DNA from: Phaeosaccion multiseriatum
Lineage: Eukaryota > Protista > Ochrophyta, other classes
Assembly (NCBI GenBank): GCA_965112735.1
Contig: OZ218950.1
Span: 6,200,001 to 6,264,000 of the forward strand
Direction of reading: 5' to 3'
DNA length: 64,000 nt
The notes below the pieces were generated by a model, which did no database searches, had not been told where the DNA came from, and worked only from the letters and a program-made list of their open reading frames with translations. Made by a program: the position numbers and the translations under genes. Positions within the stretch are counted from its first letter, which is position 1, and each line of letters opens with the position of its first letter. Shown piece by piece: positions 49,777-64,000 of the stretch.

Positions 49777-51580
49777 TGTGCGTGCTTGTGTGTGTGTGCG
49801 TGTGTGTGCCTGTTTGTGTGCTGTGTATACATGTGTGTTTGCCCGTGTGTGCTTGGTTTCACCCCCCCAGCCAACCAACCACCCCCTCCTCCCTTGCCCC
49901 TCGCCCCTCCCAATTAACAGGGGAGTGGGTCTGATGAAGAAGACGGCTGTGATCTACAAGATCCCGGTGGGGGATTATGCGGGTATCCCGCCCAACATGT
50001 TCCTCAACAACATACCCCACTCCACGCTGGGTGAGTAGTGTAGAAGTAGAAAGACAGTGAGTGAGCGAACAGAGTAGTAAGTCAGTGAGAGAATGAATGA
50101 GTGAGTGAGCAGGTGAGTAATTGAGTGAGTGAGTGAGTGAGTGAGTGAGTGAGTGAGTGAGTAGAGTAGCAAAGTATGCCCATATGCCTGCCCATATGCC
50201 TGCCCATATGCCTGCCCATATGCCTACCCAGCCCGTGAGTTCATCTACCGTGCGTGTGCCAACGCCGTTGTGGAGGCCGCGCACGACCCCAACCTCAGCC
50301 GGAGAATGCAGGTACGTGTGTGTATGTATGTGTATAGATGTGTATGTATGTGCACACGTAAGGTCCAGAAGGATGGGCTACCACTGCTCCTCCTCCTACT
50401 ATTACTTACACTCCCACTACTCCATTTTCGACAGATTCGGTGCGTCGTTCCGGAGCTCAATATCGAGATGGTGAGCCAGTTTGAGTTTGAGTACTGGGGG
50501 AGGGTGAATGGGTGGGTGGAAGGGCGGACCTCTCCCTCTCTCTCACCATCTCCCTCTTCTCTGTCTCATCCTCTCTCTCTCCCTCACTCTCAACATCTCT
50601 TCCTGTCTCTCATCCTCTCTAACTCTTCTCCCTCTCTTGTCTCTCATCCTCTCTCTTCCTCCCTCTCTCTCACCCTTCTCTCTCTCTCACATCCTCTCTC
50701 TCATCCTCTCTCTTCCTCCCTCTCTCTCACCCTTCTCTCTCTCTCACATCCTCTCTCTCACCCTTCTCCCTCTTCTCCCTCTCTCTCTCACCCTCTCTCT
50801 CATCCTCCCTCTCACCTCTCTTCCTGTCTCTCACCCTCTCTCCCTTTCTCCATCTCTGTCTCATCATCTATCTCATCACTCTTCCTCCCTCCCTCTCTCT
50901 CTCTCACCCTCTCTCTCTCACCCTCTCTCTCTCACCCTCTCTCTCATCCTCTCTCTCTCTCTCACCATCTCTCCCTGCCTATCACCCTCTCGGTCTCTCA
51001 TCCTCTCTCTCTCTCTCTCTTCCTCCCTCTCTCACACCATCTCCCCCCCCCCCCCCCTTCTCTCTCCTCTCCTCTACCTCTCTCTCCTCTCTCTCTGTAT
51101 GTCGATGTCAGGACACATACCGCCTTGGGACAATCCCCCCCCCCCCCCCCTTCTCTCTCCTCTCCTCTACCTCTCTCTCCTCTCTCTCTGTATGTCGATG
51201 TCAGGACACATACCGCCTTGGGACAATGCTGGAGATGATCAGAGAGACGGCCATGCAGTGCACAGAGCAGGGTCACCTGGTCAAGGTGGGTAGTAAGTCA
51301 ATGGGTGGGTGGGGAAGAGGGGGGGAGGGAGGATAGGTGTGTGTTTGTTGTGTGTCTGTTGTCACTACTCTAACCTAGTCTCATTACAAAAGCACCTTTT
51401 ACAGCAGAGCTAACGTAGTCAAATCGGAATCTGTGATCTGTGTGTATCACCCACTGCCCTACACTGCACTGACAGGTGTGCGTGCAGGCTCCCATGGGCC
51501 CCAAGGGCTCTCGACCGGCGATGCCCCTCAGCCTCAGCGGGGTGATGGCCCTCTGCCAGAGAAGTGAGTGAAGTGGGGGG

Positions 51581-51620
<40 letters not shown>

Positions 51621-51631
51621 CTTCCCCCTCT

Positions 51632-51669
<38 letters not shown>

Positions 51670-51680
51670 CTTCCCCCTCT

Positions 51681-51720
<40 letters not shown>

Positions 51721-51725
51721 TCCTT

Positions 51726-51767
<42 letters not shown>

Positions 51768-51782
51768 CCTCCTTCCCCCTCT

Positions 51783-51822
<40 letters not shown>

Positions 51823-53602
51823 TCCCCCTCTCTCTTCTCTCTCTCTTGTTCACTCTCTGTGCCTCTCCTTCCCTCTCTCTTTCTCCGACAGCTGCTGCTG
51901 CCGCTAGGCTCTACTACTACATCCAGCTCAGTCTTTTTTGGTGCTGAAACTGCCTACTGACACTCCTTCCCCTCTGCATTGCTGTTGCTGCTCCCTCGCT
52001 CGCTGTCTCCCTCGGCATTGCACGTGCATCCCAACTGCTCTGTATCACCAACGGCTCTACTTTGCTCTGCTCTGCTCTACTTAGTGGACTGGGGATCCAT
52101 CGCTGACAAGATTGAGTTTGGAACGGTACGACACCAATGAGAGACGGAGATGCACCACACACACGCACACACCCACATATACACCCACACACGCACACAC
52201 CCACATATACACCCACACACGCACACACCCACATATACACCCACACACGCACACACCCACACATACACCCACACACGCACACACACATGCACACACCCAT
52301 ACACACACCCACACACGCACACACACATGCACACACCCACATATACACCCACACACGCACACACACATAAACGCACACACACATGCACGCACCCACACAC
52401 ACACACACATAAACGCACACACACGCACACACACGCACACACACAGAGACAGCGCACACACACGCACGCACCTACACACACATAATAATTAACACACACA
52501 CACACACACACACACACCCGCCCACCCCCCTGTCGCTCCTCCCTGCCCTGCTCTTCCACAGGTGGGTGCGGATGAGATCTCGGAAACCGCCTTCGTGCAC
52601 ATTGTCATCGCCCCGCAGAGCATCGTAGGGGCGAGCATCCACGGCAGGCTACAAGACATGGTAAGAGGCAAGGACATACATGTGGAGCCCAAGTGTCAGC
52701 TTACAAGACCTAAGGAGATGCCAGTTTCAGTGTGTTGGACCGAAGGTTTGCTCTCTCTCTTGGTAACAAAACCATATGGAAACGGGAGAGTGACAGAGCT
52801 ATAGGAGCTATAGGGGTATCGTAGGAGCGGTATCGTACTACCGTCTATAGGAGCGGTATCGTATCTACCGTCTATAGGAGTGGTATCGTATCTACCGTCT
52901 ATAGGAGTGGTATCGTATCTACCGTCTATAGGAGTGGTATCGTATCTACCGTCAATAGGAGCGGTATCGTATCTACCGTCTATAGGAGCGGTATCGTATC
53001 TACCGTCTATAGGAGTGGTATCGTATCTACCGTCTATAGGAGTGGTATCGTATCTACCGTCTATAGGAGCGGTATCGTATCTACCGTCTATAGGAGCGGT
53101 ATTGTACCTACCGTCTACTCCTTACAGACTCTCTCTCTCTCTCCCCTGCTGGCATGACCAGGTGCTTGCCGCGGAGGCAGTGGGCAAGCCTGTGGTGCTC
53201 ATCAACCCCATCCTCAAGGACAAGCCGAGGTGAGTGAGCAGAGGAAGGAAGCTAAGCAGCGAAGCAGCTACTAGCACATCAAAGGGGTCAGTCGAACGGC
53301 GACTTGCAGTTTCAGGAGTTTCAGGCTCAGTTTCAGTTTGAGTAGGGAGCGCGCGTAATAGACCTTGTTGCTCAGCAAGCAAGAGCCGCTGCTCCCCACC
53401 TGCAGTGCACATCGCATTGCATTGAAACACGCCACACCATGTTGTTGCTGTCACTTGTTGCCTCTCTCAATCTCTCACCCTCCCTTCTCTCCCTCTCCCT
53501 TCCCTCCCTCGTCCGTCCGTCCGTCCGTCCCTCCCTCCCTCCCTCCCTCCCTCCCTTCCCACCCCCCCCCCCGTCCTCCTGTCCCTTCCTCCTTCCCTCG
53601 CT

Positions 53603-53635
<33 letters not shown>

Positions 53636-54319
53636 CTATACCCGTCCACAGCTCTGGCGATGTCATGCAGATCAGAGGGCGAGGGGAACGCTTGGCCTTC
53701 GCTGAGAGTTTCGTTGACATTTACAACTTCCGAAGTCTGTACCCATCGGTGCGTGCGCGTGTATTTTTTTGTGTGTATATATACTTGTGTGTGTATGTGT
53801 GTATGTGTGTATGTGTGTGTATTTTTTTTTTTATATCTATATACTTGTGTGTGTATGCAGCCGTCATGACCCCTCGCCCCCCCCCCTCTTCCCACCACCT
53901 CACTCTGCTCTGCGCTGCGCTGTACCCCCGTCCGTTGTGCTCCGACCACTCACAACTGGCACTATCACTACAACTGGCATACAGGGGGCGTCATACTTCC
54001 CCATCATCGGCGCTGTGCTGAGAGCCACGCACAGAGCCCCTTGGGTAGCCTTCAGCAGGGTGAGTCACAGCTGCCGTATCACCAACTGACTGTTCACTGA
54101 CTTATTTCAATCACAGACTGACCACTCATCGACGTATGACCAACTTACGTATACGTATGTATCCATGCACGGCAGGTGGAGGAGCGGGACGCGACAGCGA
54201 GTGAGGCGGGTACAGGCACTCGCATAGGGACAGAGGAGTATGTGCCGGTGGCCACCTTTGATCACGACCCAGCGGGGGACGATCTTGATGGGCTGGGCAT
54301 CACGCTGGCGAAAGGGTAG
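48428..54319 (+). CDS. Plastid-targeted protein with DUF2470-like N-domain and DUF1995 domain, ~15 exons
   Basis: Signal peptide ending VANA|F, then a Ser/Thr/Arg-rich transit-like region. [17 protein letters not shown]...[14 protein letters not shown]1995-type motifs [87 protein letters not shown]. Stop TAG at 54317-54319. Confidence 0.8.
52810..53118. repeat. 27-bp intronic minisatellite (ATAGGAGTGGTATCGTATCTACCGTCT), ~10-11 copies
   Basis: Head-to-tail copies with no spacers. Confidence 0.92.
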
Positions 54320-54488
54320 GAGGAGGCTCGTAGAGCTTGGCGGACTGTCGGACTGGGTTACACGCTCGGTCGCTTGGTAGGTGGTGTCGCTGATGAGCCC
54401 GGGCTGGCGACAATCCGGCTTGATGCGTGATGCTTGATGCTTGATGCCCCATCTCTTCTGGTGATGCCGCCTCTCTCTTGTCGAGGGT

Positions 54489-54584
54489 GATATCGCGCAA
54501 GAGGTCCGTCACGATATCGCGCAAGAGGTCTGTCACGATATCGCGCAAGAGGTCTGTCACGATATCGCGCAAGAGGTCTGTCAC
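54489..54584. repeat. 24-bp tandem repeat x4 (GATATCGCGCAAGAGGTCTGTCAC)
   Basis: Four copies between the convergent 3' ends of the DUF1995 and MetRS genes. Confidence 0.92.
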
Positions 54585-54978
54585 TTGCTTACCAAGAGCT
54601 TACCGAGGGCTTCTATACTGTACTGCTGTTGTGCTGGGGGATTGCTGTGCACAGGGTGCGGTGGTCGGAGGTGAGGGCACGGCACGGCACGCCACGGCCA
54701 GAGCGGTGGTGAGCGTCCGATGGAGAGCAGGGGGCAGGATGGCAGTGTAGGGGTAGGAGTGGAGGGGAGGGGAGTGGATAAGAGTGGAGTGGGCGGTGCC
54801 ATTGTTTTGTATTTACTAAAACGTAGTAGGATGACATTAGGAAGAGGGAAAAAAAGCAGTTTAATTTACTTATCGTTTTATTATCATACGCTGGAGGAAG
54901 CAAGGACCTGTGCGGCCCATCCAGCCCCTTCCCGAGTGAGTCCATGCATTCGCAGGCCCCGCGACAGCCAAGCTACTG

Positions 54979-55027
<49 letters not shown>

Positions 55028-55203
55028 GCTGCTGTACCACCAACTGCTGTCGCTGCTGACCGGAGGCGGGCCAAGGCCCAACTTGTACTTCACTGCCGCT
55101 GCCGTTCAAGTGTTGCTGCATCACCAACTGCTGCGCTTGGTCTCTTAATCTTCTTTCTCCGTCCCTCCCTTCCAAGCTTGTGTGCTACTGTACCACCAAC
55201 TGC

Positions 55204-63946
<8,743 letters not shown>

Positions 63947-64000
63947 CTATGCTCGTCATCCACGAGCGTCCCCAGAGAGAGAGGAGCACAAGGGAAAGAG

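Noticed and set aside
52810-54584. 27-bp and 24-bp repeats as a possible CRISPR array
   Set aside because: No unique spacers, no cas genes, eukaryotic context.

Overview
Intron-rich eukaryotic DNA with GT-AG introns full of simple repeats. A predicted bipartite plastid presequence (ANAF) and the gene set suggest an ochrophyte alga, possibly eustigmatophyte-like; this is an inference. Genes reconstructed by eye: an LCLAT/LPAAT-type acyltransferase (+), three tandem 7TM-RGS paralogues (-; one intact, one pseudogene, one with an uncertain start), a Pro/Thr-stalk type-I membrane protein (+), a PPR protein (-) head-to-head with MSH6 (+), a B-box/C2/C2 protein whose FKBP domain is split (-), a secreted acetolactate-decarboxylase-like protein (+), a plastid DUF2470-like + DUF1995 protein (+), and most of a methionyl-tRNA synthetase with a C-terminal EMAP-II-like domain (-, 5' end outside the window). 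The most unusual structure is at 6-18 kb. It holds non-autonomous TIR elements that all end TCG...CGA and have 6-bp target-site duplications. Three of them are nested composites carrying a (GGGA)n tract of very different lengths, and they recur at homologous positions in the receptor repeat units. Other signals: substitutions concentrated in the 7TM part of the RGS paralogues, a highly over-represented dispersed 13-mer (GTATCACCAACTG) with intron strand bias, complementary repeats at the two ends of introns, and duplicated splice junctions. Exon boundaries and family calls come from reading motifs, not from database searches.
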